From Candidatus Methylomirabilota bacterium (GTDB lineage: Bacteria > Methylomirabilota > Methylomirabilia > Rokubacteriales > CSP1-6), in contig DATBJF010000019.1 of assembly GCA_036556545.1 (NCBI GenBank), positions 28,007-92,006 on the forward strand: a stretch of DNA of 64,000 bases, read 5' to 3'. Shown piece after piece: positions 19,522-28,266 of this stretch; positions within the stretch are counted from its first letter, which is position 1; every line of letters begins with the position of its first letter. Both the position numbers and the translations under genes were made by a program. The notes beneath the pieces are model-generated. The model saw only the letters and a list, made by a program, of their open reading frames with translations, had not been told where the DNA came from and ran no database searches.

Positions 19522-20321
19522 TAGGACGGCGCAAAACGAATCGTGACGTATGTACCGAGCATCATTGACGTTTTAATCAACTCAGGGCGGCGAGTACGTC
19601 CGAACACTATGCGAGCTGGCTCGGATGGCTTTGCCCACGATGAAAACCGGCTCAGATCGAACAAAGCCGCTGCCTTGCCAGACGCATCGCGTTCGATCTT
19701 CAGGTCTAGCGTCACCAATTCAGCTCGATAAGAACCAGCAACATCATCAGGACCTTCGTTCTCCGACCGCCGTCGTCTCACAACGAGGGTGCGGTGCGCG
19801 CCGTCCGGATCTGGTGGCCAACGGCCATCAGCGTAGTTGAGTGTCGCGGTTATCACATCATCAACGTGAACGCCATGCGCGACTGACAGAACGTCGTCGA
19901 CAACTCGTTGTCGTCGCAGAAAGAACGTTTCGCCACGCGCTCGATACGAGATCTGCCTCGTTCTCCAATCGTACGCAACCTCTGTGCGTGACTCTCGGCC
20001 ACGGATATCGAACCACGATCGGCTCTCCAACGGAGCCCAGCGTCCGTCGCGGAGGATGCCGTTAGAATCGTAGCGGTTTGAAATTCCTGGTCCGGCCCCC
20101 ATCGCCACAACACGATACTCTCCGGCCCGGCGGTCGATAGTTTCCTCAATGGTGCCCTGCAGATTGAGCTTCAACATCTCATACAGAATGCCGATGTCAG
20201 CTGCATATGTCGCCTTGGTAAGTTCAGTGCCGGCAACCGCACGCGTGATGGCTGTCGGCAATAGGAAGGTAAGTGGGAGAGCCAGAAAGTATCGACGGCT
20301 TATTAGATACATGGACATCAT
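19521..20321 (-). CDS. Exported hypothetical protein with twin-arginine-like signal
   Basis: SRRYFL followed by a hydrophobic stretch and AVA; coupled to the kinase gene (TAATG); TGcTAGAAT box upstream. Confidence 0.6.
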   Translation of the reverse strand: MMSMYLISRRYFLALPLTFLLPTAITRAVAGTELTKATYAADIGILYEMLKLNLQGTIEETIDRRAGEYRVVAMGAGPGISNRYDSNGILRDGRWAPLESRSWFDIRGRESRTEVAYDWRTRQISYRARGETFFLRRQRVVDDVLSVAHGVHVDDVITATLNYADGRWPPDPDGAHRTLVVRRRRSENEGPDDVAGSYRAELVTLDLKIERDASGKAAALFDLSRFSSWAKPSEPARIVFGRTRRPELIKTSMMLGTYVTIRFAPS

Positions 20322-20576
20322 CGATCGGTTCGCTCTATTCTAGCAGCCCAGGCGCGCCGAACTTGGCACTTCGGCGACTGCCCTATTGATTCGGCGCCAG
20401 CAATTACGCATAGATAGAGCTGGGATGGCTATGGGGCAACCGAAGGCCTTCGAGCCGTGCGCAGACGATAAGGCAGCAAGGGGTCCAAGGCCGCCTTCGG
20501 AGCAATCCACGCTCGCGTCCCCGGCATCAACGTCATCATCAGCCAGACGCGATTCGACGGAGTTCAGACGCTAACC

Positions 20577-23015
20577 GTGACCCAAGTCTCTCTGCTTCTC
20601 GTTGCCAGTGCCCTTGGTGCGCTTGCGTTATTCGTTTGGCGGGCGAACCGCAGTTTCGGAACAAATAGACGATTCGCCGTTCTCGCTCTAACTATTGGTT
20701 TGTGGGTGCTCGGGGTCGCCGGTCTCCAGATGGAGTCGCACCTAGAGTTTTGGGCGCGTTTCACGTTCGTTGCGGCAAGCTTCATTCCGCCAGCGTTTCT
20801 CGCCTTCATGCAAGCGTATCCGGTACAGACGGTGTCGCTTGCGCCCGGGCTACTGCGCGTAACGATCATCCTAGCTACGACGATGGCTGTGCTAGCTGGA
20901 ACGACTGATTTGGTCGTCTACGACACGCGCATCGTCGACGGCGCACTTACGCGGAAGTCGGGAGCCTTTTATCCGATCTTTGCTGGGTACTTCGTCATCG
21001 TGTGGTGCATAGCACTGACGCATTTGTTCTCGATATGGCGCAATGCCCGAGGCCTAGCGCGCGCGCAAATTCAGTATCTGGGCGCAGGGATCATCACCGC
21101 GACCGCCGGTGGAATCGGGCTAAACCTCGTACTGCCATTGACGACTGGTTTGTCTACCTATAGCTGGGTCGGCCCGTACTTCACGCTTGGCTTTCTGGCG
21201 TTGGTCGCGCACGCGATCATCCGCCATCGACTGATGGATTTACGACTTGTCGTACATCGTGGCCTCACCGTAGCGATTGCCGTTTTGTTGTCTCTGATTC
21301 CAGTCGGGGCACTTTTGTTATTACTCTCGCCACGACTCTTCGCGCATATGCGACGCGATGAAATCCTCGTCGCATTTCTTGCGTCAGTTGGCGTCGCCTT
21401 GCTAATCGCGCCCACACGCGATGCCGCTCGCCGAATACTCGACCGGTACGTCTATCGAACGCATGCCAACTATCAGAGGACGGTCCGCGACGCGAGTTCC
21501 GTCCTAACAAAGGTGCTCGATCTCCGGCGGTTACTCGAGTTCATCACTCAGACTGTCGCGCGCTCCACGGAAACCGAAGGCGCAGCGGTCTACCTACGAC
21601 AAGACACCGACTTCGGATGCGCGATCGCGACGCGGCGGCATGATGGGAGCCACTTCGATGCGCCGGAGACGGCGATGGCGGAGGTGGTGGAGGCGCTGGA
21701 GCGGCTGAAGGAGCCGCTGGTGACGGATGAGATCGTGCGGGCGGCGGCGACGGAGGCGGAACGGGAGCTGGCGGAGCAGCTGACGCAGGCGAACTGGTCC
21801 CTTGTGTTGCCGGTGATCTCGGACAGCGGGGTGATCGCGCTGATCGCGGTGGGGCCGAAGCTGTCAGGCGATCCCTTCTATCCGCAAGATCTCGATCTCT
21901 TGATGACGCTGGCGAATCAGGCGGGCATCGCCATCAAGAACGCGCGGCTCTACGCGCAAGTCGTCCTGGCGAACGAGTACATCGAGAACATCGTGGCCAC
22001 CATCGAGAGTGGCGTGGTCGCCATCACGTCGGCGGGCCGAGTCGCCATGTTCAATCGGGCGGCGGAGCGGCTGACGGGGCTCCGGACGGAAGACGTCAAA
22101 GGAGAGTCGATCCAGATCGTGCAAGCGTGCGTGAGCGAGCCGCTGCTGGCCACTGTCGCCGACGGGCAGGCGCGCACCAATCCGGAATCGGAGCTCGTGG
22201 CGGGCGAGGTGCGACGGCCGGTGATGTCCACCACCTCGCCGCTGCGCGATCCCGACGGCGTCGTGCTGGGCGCCGTCGCGGTGTTCAGCGATCTCACGCC
22301 CCTGAAGGAGCTGGAGAACGAGCGGCGCCGCGCCGAGCGGCTCGCGTACTTCGAGATCCTAGCCTCGGGGATCGCGCACGAGATCAAGAATCCCCTGGTC
22401 GGCATCAAGACGTTCACGCAGCTCGTGCCACGACGACGGGCCGATGACCGATTCATCGAGGAGTTCACGCGCGTGGTGGGGCGTGAGATCGAGCGGATGG
22501 AGCGGCTCCTGGAGCGGCTGGGGGCGCTGTCTCGGCCCGGCCGGCGGCCGCAGTACCCCCTCGACGTTCGCGCGCCGATCGCGCAGGTTGTGGAGGCCAT
22601 GCAGCCCACATTCGACGAGAAGGGCATCACGATCAGCACGGCCCTCGGGAACGCGGCGTGCCTCGTGCTGGGCCACCATGCGGAGCTCGAGCAGCTCTTT
22701 CTCAACCTCGTCATGAATGCGCACGAGGCGACGCCACCCGGCGGCCTCGTGCACATCGACGTCCGGCAGGACGCGCAGCACGTGACCGTCAACATTTCCG
22801 ACACCGGGCCCGGCATCGCCGCCGACCTCGTGGAGCGCGTGTTCGACCCCTTCTTCTCGACGAAGCAGCGCGGATCGGGCCTCGGTCTTGCCATCTGCGC
22901 CGGGATCGCGCAGACGCACGGGGCCCGGGTGCAGGCCGACAACCGACCCGGTGGGGGCGCGATCTTCTCGGTGGAGTTTCCGGCGGCGCCGCAGCCGGCG
23001 CGGGTGGACGCATGA
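20577..23015 (+). CDS. 7TM-GAF-PAS-HisKA-HATPase sensor histidine kinase (mosaic gene)
   Basis: Multi-TM N-terminus paralogous to the 16412 kinase; KLSGDPFYPQDLDL, FNRAAE PAS, AHEIKNPL, DTGPG, GSGLGL. Confidence 0.9.
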   Translation: MTQVSLLLVASALGALALFVWRANRSFGTNRRFAVLALTIGLWVLGVAGLQMESHLEFWARFTFVAASFIPPAFLAFMQAYPVQTVSLAPGLLRVTIILATTMAVLAGTTDLVVYDTRIVDGALTRKSGAFYPIFAGYFVIVWCIALTHLFSIWRNARGLARAQIQYLGAGIITATAGGIGLNLVLPLTTGLSTYSWVGPYFTLGFLALVAHAIIRHRLMDLRLVVHRGLTVAIAVLLSLIPVGALLLLLSPRLFAHMRRDEILVAFLASVGVALLIAPTRDAARRILDRYVYRTHANYQRTVRDASSVLTKVLDLRRLLEFITQTVARSTETEGAAVYLRQDTDFGCAIATRRHDGSHFDAPETAMAEVVEALERLKEPLVTDEIVRAAATEAERELAEQLTQANWSLVLPVISDSGVIALIAVGPKLSGDPFYPQDLDLLMTLANQAGIAIKNARLYAQVVLANEYIENIVATIESGVVAITSAGRVAMFNRAAERLTGLRTEDVKGESIQIVQACVSEPLLATVADGQARTNPESELVAGEVRRPVMSTTSPLRDPDGVVLGAVAVFSDLTPLKELENERRRAERLAYFEILASGIAHEIKNPLVGIKTFTQLVPRRRADDRFIEEFTRVVGREIERMERLLERLGALSRPGRRPQYPLDVRAPIAQVVEAMQPTFDEKGITISTALGNAACLVLGHHAELEQLFLNLVMNAHEATPPGGLVHIDVRQDAQHVTVNISDTGPGIAADLVERVFDPFFSTKQRGSGLGLAICAGIAQTHGARVQADNRPGGGAIFSVEFPAAPQPARVDA

Positions 23016-24961
23016 ACGCCGTCCTGCTCGTGACGGCGGACGCGGCGCTTCGGGGGCGGCTGCAGCGCGCGTTGACGAGCTTCAACGTCTTTCCCGCGGC
23101 GTCGGACGCCGAGGCGATCAAGACCCTGCGACTCGTCGACATCGATCTCGTCCTGCGTGAGAGCGCCGGCCCCGCGGGCGCGCTGAGCACGTTCGTTGGC
23201 ACCGTGCGCGAGGTGGCGCCCACCACCCTCGTCATCGCCATCGGACTGGCCGGCGAAGAAGAGCACGCCGCCGACTTCACGCTGCCGGACGGCTACACGC
23301 CGCGCGATCTCGCCGCCGTGCTGCAGCAGGCGCTCGAGAAGCAGCGGCTCGTGCGCGAGATCAATGCGCTGCGGGCGCCGGCCACGGCTACGCGCGAGCC
23401 GACCGCCGCCGAGAGCTCGTGGGATGGGCCGGTGCTGGCCCGGGTGCTGAAGGCGTTCAGCCGCGTGCTGGCGGCCGGGTTCGACCTGCGGCGCGTGCTG
23501 GAAACCTTCCTGGACGCCATCGGCGACGTCGTGCGCGCCACCCGCATGGCCGTCCTCCTGCCAGACGCCGAAGGACGCGACTTCCGCATCGTGGTGCACC
23601 GCGGTCTCGCGCCGCAGATCGTGCAGTCGGTCCGCCTCGGCGCCACCGACGGGCTGGCACGCTGGCTGGCCAGCCAGGCGCGGCCGGCCATTCTCGACGA
23701 CCTCCGCGATGCCGACATCGTGCGCGAGCTGAAGCTTCTCCAGGGCGTCGTGGCGATACCGTTGCTGGCCCAGGGCGAGCTCGTCGCCATCCTGATCCTC
23801 GGTCAGCCGGTCTTCGGGACCGGCTATGCGCGGACGGAGATGGAGACGCTCTTCGACCTCGCCACGCAGCTGGCGACCGCCATCCGTGACATCACGCTCC
23901 ACCAGCACCTGCAGCGCGAGAAGGAGTTCTCCGAGCGGATCCTCTCGCACATGTCGAGCGGCGTGATCACGATCGGCCGCGATCATCGCGTGGGCACGAT
24001 GAACCGGCGGGCGGAGGAGATTCTGGGGATGTCCGCCCAGGCGGTGATCCGACAGGACCTGCGCGTGCTGCCGTCACCGCTCGGCGACCTGCTCTTCGAC
24101 ACGCTCTCGTCGGGGCGGCCGCAGCCGCGCACGGAGATCCAGCTGGCCCTCCGGCAGCTCTGGATCGAGGTCTCGACCTACGTGATCCGGGACGAGGAAG
24201 GCGCCCCGCTCGGGTCGGTGCTCGTCTTCGAGGACCTGACCGCCCGGAAGGAGCTGGCGCGCCAGAAGCGCCAGGCGGATCAGTTCCAGCTGCTGACGCG
24301 CGTGGTGGCCCGCATCGCGGACGAGATCAAGAACCCGCTCGTCTCCATCAACACGTTCATCGAGCTGATCGGTGAGCGGTACGACGATCCGGACTTCCGC
24401 CGGCACTTTTCGTCCGTCGTCCGGCGCGACGTACGGCGCCTCGTCGAAGTATTCGAAAAACTTGCGGGGCTGGTCACGGAGGGTGAGTTAAACTTTTCGA
24501 CGGTGGACGCCTACGAGGTCGTCACGCAGATGGTCGAGACGATCGATCTGGCGGATGACGGAGTGGGCAAGCACCTGCAGCTCGATCTGGCGCCCGCTAC
24601 CGAGCCGCAGCTCGTGAAGGTCGACGCCACCCAGCTCCGGAAGGCCCTCACCTATCTCGTCCGTTACCTGACCCACAACTCCCCCAGCGACCTGGCCAAG
24701 ATCTCGCTGTCGATCGGACGCCATACGGCCTCCGACGGCAGCCAGGACGTGCGGATCCTGGTCACGTCGCGAACGGCCGCGGTGCCGGCCGACCGGCTGG
24801 ACAAGCTCTTCGACCCCGTGCACACCGTGCAGGAGAGCCTCATCGACGTCGGCCCCGCCGTCAGTCAGCGGATCATCGAAGCGCTCGGCGGCCGCTTGGA
24901 CAAAAGGCCCGGGAAGCACGAGGTCGGCTTCCTCGTGTCGCTGCCGCCGGCGATGGCATGA
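23012..24961 (+). CDS. Pseudo-receiver-GAF-PAS-degenerate histidine kinase
   Basis: ATG overlaps upstream stop; H-box reads IADEIKNPL; N and G boxes degenerate. Confidence 0.8.
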   Translation: MNAVLLVTADAALRGRLQRALTSFNVFPAASDAEAIKTLRLVDIDLVLRESAGPAGALSTFVGTVREVAPTTLVIAIGLAGEEEHAADFTLPDGYTPRDLAAVLQQALEKQRLVREINALRAPATATREPTAAESSWDGPVLARVLKAFSRVLAAGFDLRRVLETFLDAIGDVVRATRMAVLLPDAEGRDFRIVVHRGLAPQIVQSVRLGATDGLARWLASQARPAILDDLRDADIVRELKLLQGVVAIPLLAQGELVAILILGQPVFGTGYARTEMETLFDLATQLATAIRDITLHQHLQREKEFSERILSHMSSGVITIGRDHRVGTMNRRAEEILGMSAQAVIRQDLRVLPSPLGDLLFDTLSSGRPQPRTEIQLALRQLWIEVSTYVIRDEEGAPLGSVLVFEDLTARKELARQKRQADQFQLLTRVVARIADEIKNPLVSINTFIELIGERYDDPDFRRHFSSVVRRDVRRLVEVFEKLAGLVTEGELNFSTVDAYEVVTQMVETIDLADDGVGKHLQLDLAPATEPQLVKVDATQLRKALTYLVRYLTHNSPSDLAKISLSIGRHTASDGSQDVRILVTSRTAAVPADRLDKLFDPVHTVQESLIDVGPAVSQRIIEALGGRLDKRPGKHEVGFLVSLPPAMA

Positions 24962-27264
24962 CGACGGCGACCGCGGCGGCAACCGCGGCCCGCATTCTCG
25001 TCGTCGACGACGAGCTCGGGCCGCGCGAGTCGCTTCGCATGCTGCTGAAGCCGTCCTACCAGATTCACACCGCGGAAGGCGGCCGCGCGGCGCTGACCCT
25101 GCTGCCGGAGGTCCGTCCGGACGTCGTCATCCTCGACATCAAGATGCCCGAGATGGACGGGCTCGAGGTGCTCCGGCGCGTGAAGCGGCACGACCCGACG
25201 ATCGAGGTCGTGATGATCACGGCGTACGCGTCGCTGGAGACGGTGAAGCTGGCCCTGACGCATGGCGCTTTCGAGTACCTGATCAAGCCCTTCTCGCGTC
25301 AGGACCTGGAGGACGTCGTCCGCCGTGCGCTGCTGCGGCGCCAGGCCGATCTCGGGACGCGCGGCGAAGTGGCGAGCCTGGTCGAGGAGATGCGCCGGCT
25401 GTCGTCCAAGACGCGGCAGCTCGAGGAGGCGGCTCGGCGCGAGGCGGCCGAGCAGTCGCTGCGGGTCACCCAGCTGTCGCTGCTCCGGCAGATCGCGCGC
25501 ACCATCGTCGGGCAGCTGGCCGTCGACGACGTCATCAGCGCCGTGACGGCGCAGCTGCGGACGGCGCTGGGCTACGACAGCGTGACCATCACCAGCGCGC
25601 CCCCGATGAGCGGCAGCTCGGACACGCTGGTCACCTGCACCATCCGCGATGCCGAGGGGACGCTCGGTCATCTGGTCGTCGACAACCGTGGCTCGGGGCG
25701 TGCCGTCGATCCCCGGGAGCGCGAGCTCCTGGACATGCTGGCCGAGTACCTGGCCGTCGCGCTCCGCAACTCGCGGCTCTACGGCCAGATCGCCGACACC
25801 AAGCGCTCGCTGGAGCAGCTCATCGCCTCCGCCGGCGAAGGCATCATCTCCGTCGACGCCGAGGACCGCATCGATGGCTGGAATCCGGCCGCCGAGCGCA
25901 TCTTCAGCCTGGCCGCCGGCCAGGCGACCGGCCGCCCCGTCACCACCGTCCTTCCCGCGGCCGAGTACCGGGCGGCCAAGGAAAAGCTGGCGCGCGGCGC
26001 GTCGATGGAGGCCTTCGAGGCGAACGCCGTCAGCGGTCGGGACGAGCCGGTGGCGCTCGCGGTGACGCTATCCGGATTGCGGAACCGCCAGGGTGGCCTG
26101 GACGGCCTCATCGCGATCGTGCGGGACATCACCGCCCAGCGCGAGGTCGAGGCGCAGCTCCACCAGTCGGAAAAACTCACCGCGCTCGGTCAGCTCGCGG
26201 GCGGCATCGCGCACGACTTCAACAACCTGCTGCAGGCCATTCTCGGCTACGCGCAGCTCATGAAGCAGAACCCCGGCAACATCGAGCTGGTCGAGCGGTC
26301 GCTCAGCGTCGTCGAGACGGCGGCCATGGACGGCTCCGAGACCGTCCGGCGCATCCAGACGTTCGCCCGGCTCCGCCCGGAGGAGCGGTTCGTCCCGCTG
26401 AACGTGAACCAGGTCGTGGAAGACGCGCTCGCCATCACGCGCCCGCGCTGGGAGGAGAAGGTGGCCCACGACAGTCGGCCGTTGAGGCAGCGGCTGGAGC
26501 TGCGAGCCACCCGGGTGATCCACGGCCGCCCGGCCGCCCTCACCGAGGTCATGACCAATCTCGTCCTGAATGCGATCGACGCCATGCCGGACGGCGGCAC
26601 GCTCACCATCCGCACGCGCGACACAGGCGACGGCGTGGTCATCACGGTGGCCGACACGGGCGTTGGTATGCCGGAGCAGGTTCGCCGGCGCATCTTCGAG
26701 CCGTTCTTCTCGACGAAGGGCGAGAAGGGCTCCGGGCTCGGCCTGTCGATGGCGTACACGATCGTGCAGCGCCACGCCGGCGAAATCCGCGTCGACAGCG
26801 AGCCGGGTCGTGGCGCGACGTTCACGCTGGCCCTCCCCGAGGCCCCGGCCACGAAGGACACCGAACCGGCGGCGGCCGGCCAGAGCGTGCGGCGGGCAGC
26901 GCACATCCTGCTCGTCGACGACGAGCCGCAGGTGCTCTCGGCGCTGGTCGCGCTGCTGGAGGTCAACGGCCACTCCGTCAGTGCCGCCGTGAGCGGTGCC
27001 GCCGCGCTGAACATCTACGCGCCCGGCCGCTACGACGTCGTGCTCGCCAACGTGGGAATGGCCGGGATGAACGGCTGGGAGTTCGCCGAGCGGCTTCGCG
27101 CCGTCGATACAGCGGTGCCCATGCTCTTCATCACCGGCTGGGGACTGCGCGAAGAGGACCGCGCCCGCATGACGGCGCTCCGGATCCAGCGCTGCCTCTT
27201 CAAGCCGATCCGTCCCGAAGAGCTCGACGCCGCCATCCAGTCCGCGCTGCCCGCCTCCCGCTGA
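24958..27264 (+). CDS. Hybrid sensor kinase REC-GAF-PAS-HisKA-HATPase-REC
   Basis: ILVVDDE...LDIKMPEMDG; AHDFNNLL; NAIDA, DTGVG, GSGLGL; C-terminal REC. Confidence 0.92.
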   Translation: MTTATAAATAARILVVDDELGPRESLRMLLKPSYQIHTAEGGRAALTLLPEVRPDVVILDIKMPEMDGLEVLRRVKRHDPTIEVVMITAYASLETVKLALTHGAFEYLIKPFSRQDLEDVVRRALLRRQADLGTRGEVASLVEEMRRLSSKTRQLEEAARREAAEQSLRVTQLSLLRQIARTIVGQLAVDDVISAVTAQLRTALGYDSVTITSAPPMSGSSDTLVTCTIRDAEGTLGHLVVDNRGSGRAVDPRERELLDMLAEYLAVALRNSRLYGQIADTKRSLEQLIASAGEGIISVDAEDRIDGWNPAAERIFSLAAGQATGRPVTTVLPAAEYRAAKEKLARGASMEAFEANAVSGRDEPVALAVTLSGLRNRQGGLDGLIAIVRDITAQREVEAQLHQSEKLTALGQLAGGIAHDFNNLLQAILGYAQLMKQNPGNIELVERSLSVVETAAMDGSETVRRIQTFARLRPEERFVPLNVNQVVEDALAITRPRWEEKVAHDSRPLRQRLELRATRVIHGRPAALTEVMTNLVLNAIDAMPDGGTLTIRTRDTGDGVVITVADTGVGMPEQVRRRIFEPFFSTKGEKGSGLGLSMAYTIVQRHAGEIRVDSEPGRGATFTLALPEAPATKDTEPAAAGQSVRRAAHILLVDDEPQVLSALVALLEVNGHSVSAAVSGAAALNIYAPGRYDVVLANVGMAGMNGWEFAERLRAVDTAVPMLFITGWGLREEDRARMTALRIQRCLFKPIRPEELDAAIQSALPASR

Positions 27265-27323
27265 CCCCCGCGCCGCGGTCCGAGTCGCACGCAACCTTGG
27301 ACGCCGTTGCTTGCACGCCGATG

Positions 27324-27339
27324 TGGCACCCTGGTTGCT
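27324..27339 (+). promoter_or_regulatory. Sigma-54-type promoter
   Basis: TGGCACCCTGGTTGCT. Confidence 0.7.
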
Positions 27340-27351
27340 CGTCTCGATCTC

Positions 27352-28266
27352 GTGCGTACCGCGTCCACCCGTCTCCGCATGCTCGTCGCCGTCGCAGCCC
27401 TGGCCCTCGGTGCGCAGGCCGAAGCGCAGGACCGTGCAGGCGTGGTCACCACCCTTGAAGGGCACGTCACAGTGACGCGCGCGCCGCTCCGTGAGCCGGC
27501 ACCGCTCAAGTTCAAGGACGATATCTTCGCGCGGGATCGCATCGCGACCGGCAGGGATGCCGTCGCACGGATTCTCCTCGGCGGCCGGGCCGTCGTCACC
27601 GTCCGCGAGCGCTCGGTCGTGACGATCACCGAGGCGCCCGGCGTCGCCACCGTCGACGTGGCGGGCGGCCGAGTCGCCGTGGCCGTGGCGCGCGAGAAAA
27701 TGCGCCGCGGCGACGTCATCCAGGTGCGAACGCCGAATGCCGTTGCCGGCATCCGGGGCACCGTCATCGTCGCGGAGGTGTTCGGAGCCGACCATTCGGT
27801 CGTCACGGTGCTCAAGGGCACCATCGACGTCACGCGGCTGGAGGCGGGACGGCTGGTCGGGGCGGCGACCATCGTCGACGCGCTCCATCGCGTCACCATC
27901 GCCGGCGGCGCGCCCATCCCGGCACCGCTCCGCGTCCCGCCGGGCGCCGCCCGTCGGCTCGGAGAAGAGTTTCGCGTGGCGCCGCCGCGCACGGCGCCGG
28001 CCGCGGCCGCCACCGCCCTCACCGCGGACGAAGTGGCGCGCACGGCCAGGGACTTTCCCCGGCTGACGTCCGACCGCGACCGGCGGGAGAACGTCGGCAG
28101 GCGGGACGCGGACGGCGCGCGACGCGTCCGCGGCGCCGCACCCGAGACGACGGGTTATGGGAACGGCGACCGGGATGCGAATGCCGTCAAGGCTTTGATG
28201 GACGCCCTGAGGCACGGCGAGCGGAGCGGGCGCGGCCATCGCGGCCGGGATCGCGACCGCGACTGA
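27352..28266 (+). CDS. Secreted FecR-domain protein
   Basis: Signal peptide; DRIATG, VRTPNAVAGIRGT, VTVLKG; start GTG 27352 or ATG 27379. Confidence 0.78.
   Translation: MRTASTRLRMLVAVAALALGAQAEAQDRAGVVTTLEGHVTVTRAPLREPAPLKFKDDIFARDRIATGRDAVARILLGGRAVVTVRERSVVTITEAPGVATVDVAGGRVAVAVAREKMRRGDVIQVRTPNAVAGIRGTVIVAEVFGADHSVVTVLKGTIDVTRLEAGRLVGAATIVDALHRVTIAGGAPIPAPLRVPPGAARRLGEEFRVAPPRTAPAAAATALTADEVARTARDFPRLTSDRDRRENVGRRDADGARRVRGAAPETTGYGNGDRDANAVKALMDALRHGERSGRGHRGRDRDRD

Larger units (their letters stand above)
15030..21659. other. Lower-GC variable cassette (no mobility genes)
   Basis: Hand counts: 31/60 GC at 16561-16620 and 30/60 at 21241-21300, versus 45/60 at 21661-21720 and 43/60 at 22141-22200; many A/T-ending codons. 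Right edge sharp, left edge gradual. Confidence 0.8.

Noticed and set aside
20364-20381. TGGCAC...CTGC as a sigma-54 promoter
   Set aside because: GG-to-GC spacing is not 10 nt.
20386-20574. 62-aa ORF just upstream of the second 7TM kinase as a peptide pheromone precursor
   Set aside because: No clear SD, leader or processing motif and no peptide-processing genes nearby. A tblastn search for conservation could revive it.
15030-21659. Lower-GC cassette as an integrative element or complete PKS cluster
   Set aside because: No integrase, att repeats or tRNA; no ACP, CLF or tailoring genes; the right border lies inside an intact gene.
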